A stretch of 64,000 bases of DNA from an uncultured Candidatus Saccharibacteria bacterium (GTDB lineage Bacteria; Patescibacteriota; Saccharimonadia; Saccharimonadales; JBBQAJ01). Location: NCBI GenBank assembly GCA_964593805.1, contig CAZQHP010000001.1, positions 91 to 64,090 on the forward strand. The letters run 5' to 3'. How positions within the stretch are numbered: position 1 is the stretch's first letter; each line of letters begins with the position of its first letter. Positions 63,846 through 64,000 of this stretch are shown piece after piece. A program made the position numbers and the translations under genes. Below the pieces are notes generated by a model. The model was not told where the DNA came from. It saw only the letters and a list, made by a program, of their open reading frames with translations, and made no database searches.

Positions 63846-64000
63846 ATGCAGCTGCCTAAAGTTTACGAACCAAAAGAATATGAAAGCGACATCTACGCCC
63901 TCTGGGAGAAAAGCGGCGCGTTTGCGCCGTCGGGCAAGGGAAAGCCATTTAGCATCATTATGCCGCCGCCAAACGCCAATGGTTCGCTCCACTGGGGACA
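63846..64000 (+). CDS. valS: Valine--tRNA ligase, N-terminal fragment (runs off the window)
   Basis: MQLPKVYEPKEYESDIYALWEKSGAF....KPFSIIMPPPNANGSLHWG (HIGH region context). TATGAT lies 7 nt before the ATG. Confidence 0.8.
   Translation, partial: MQLPKVYEPKEYESDIYALWEKSGAFAPSGKGKPFSIIMPPPNANGSLHWG

Overview
The window is gene-dense (about 70 supported CDSs), roughly 50% GC by eye, with most genes on the minus strand. Gene content suggests a small-genome, monoderm-like bacterium, possibly Candidate Phyla Radiation / Saccharibacteria-like; this taxonomic call is inference only. Content: a type IV pilus operon (TPR protein, 775-aa secreted protein, pilM-N-O, pilB/pilT), an LPXTG substrate, a CarS-like lipid gene and an OtsA-OtsB fusion. 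The rest is core housekeeping: ychF, efp, rpsF-rpsR-ssb, ftsK, rnj, pnp, rpsO, truB, rpsT, holA, mutM, polA, rpoD-dnaG, orn, argS, groES-groEL, murE-like, tsaD and the start of valS. I found no tRNA, rRNA, CRISPR array, transposase or integrase. Main second-look items: (1) Two diverged copies of a ~465-nt non-coding, helix-rich element (29861-30325 and 45531-46005), each between convergent gene ends, with compensatory changes; I could not assign them to any RNA class. (2) Many tandem heptanucleotide arrays, often with an AGCTG core. Some fill intergenic spacers and others sit in frame inside essential genes (truB, mutM, polA, argS, tsaD). (3) A head-to-head pilT/pilB junction near 1857 that is best explained by a ~1.9-kb inversion, or a mis-join, splitting both pilus ATPase genes. 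(4) Frequent leaderless-type start architecture, with a -10 box 6-8 nt before the ATG. (5) Two tandem pairs of orphan small-protein genes with near-identical consensus promoters. (6) A CIRCE-like operator plus a structured leader upstream of groES. All coordinates and motifs were read by eye, and no database search was possible.
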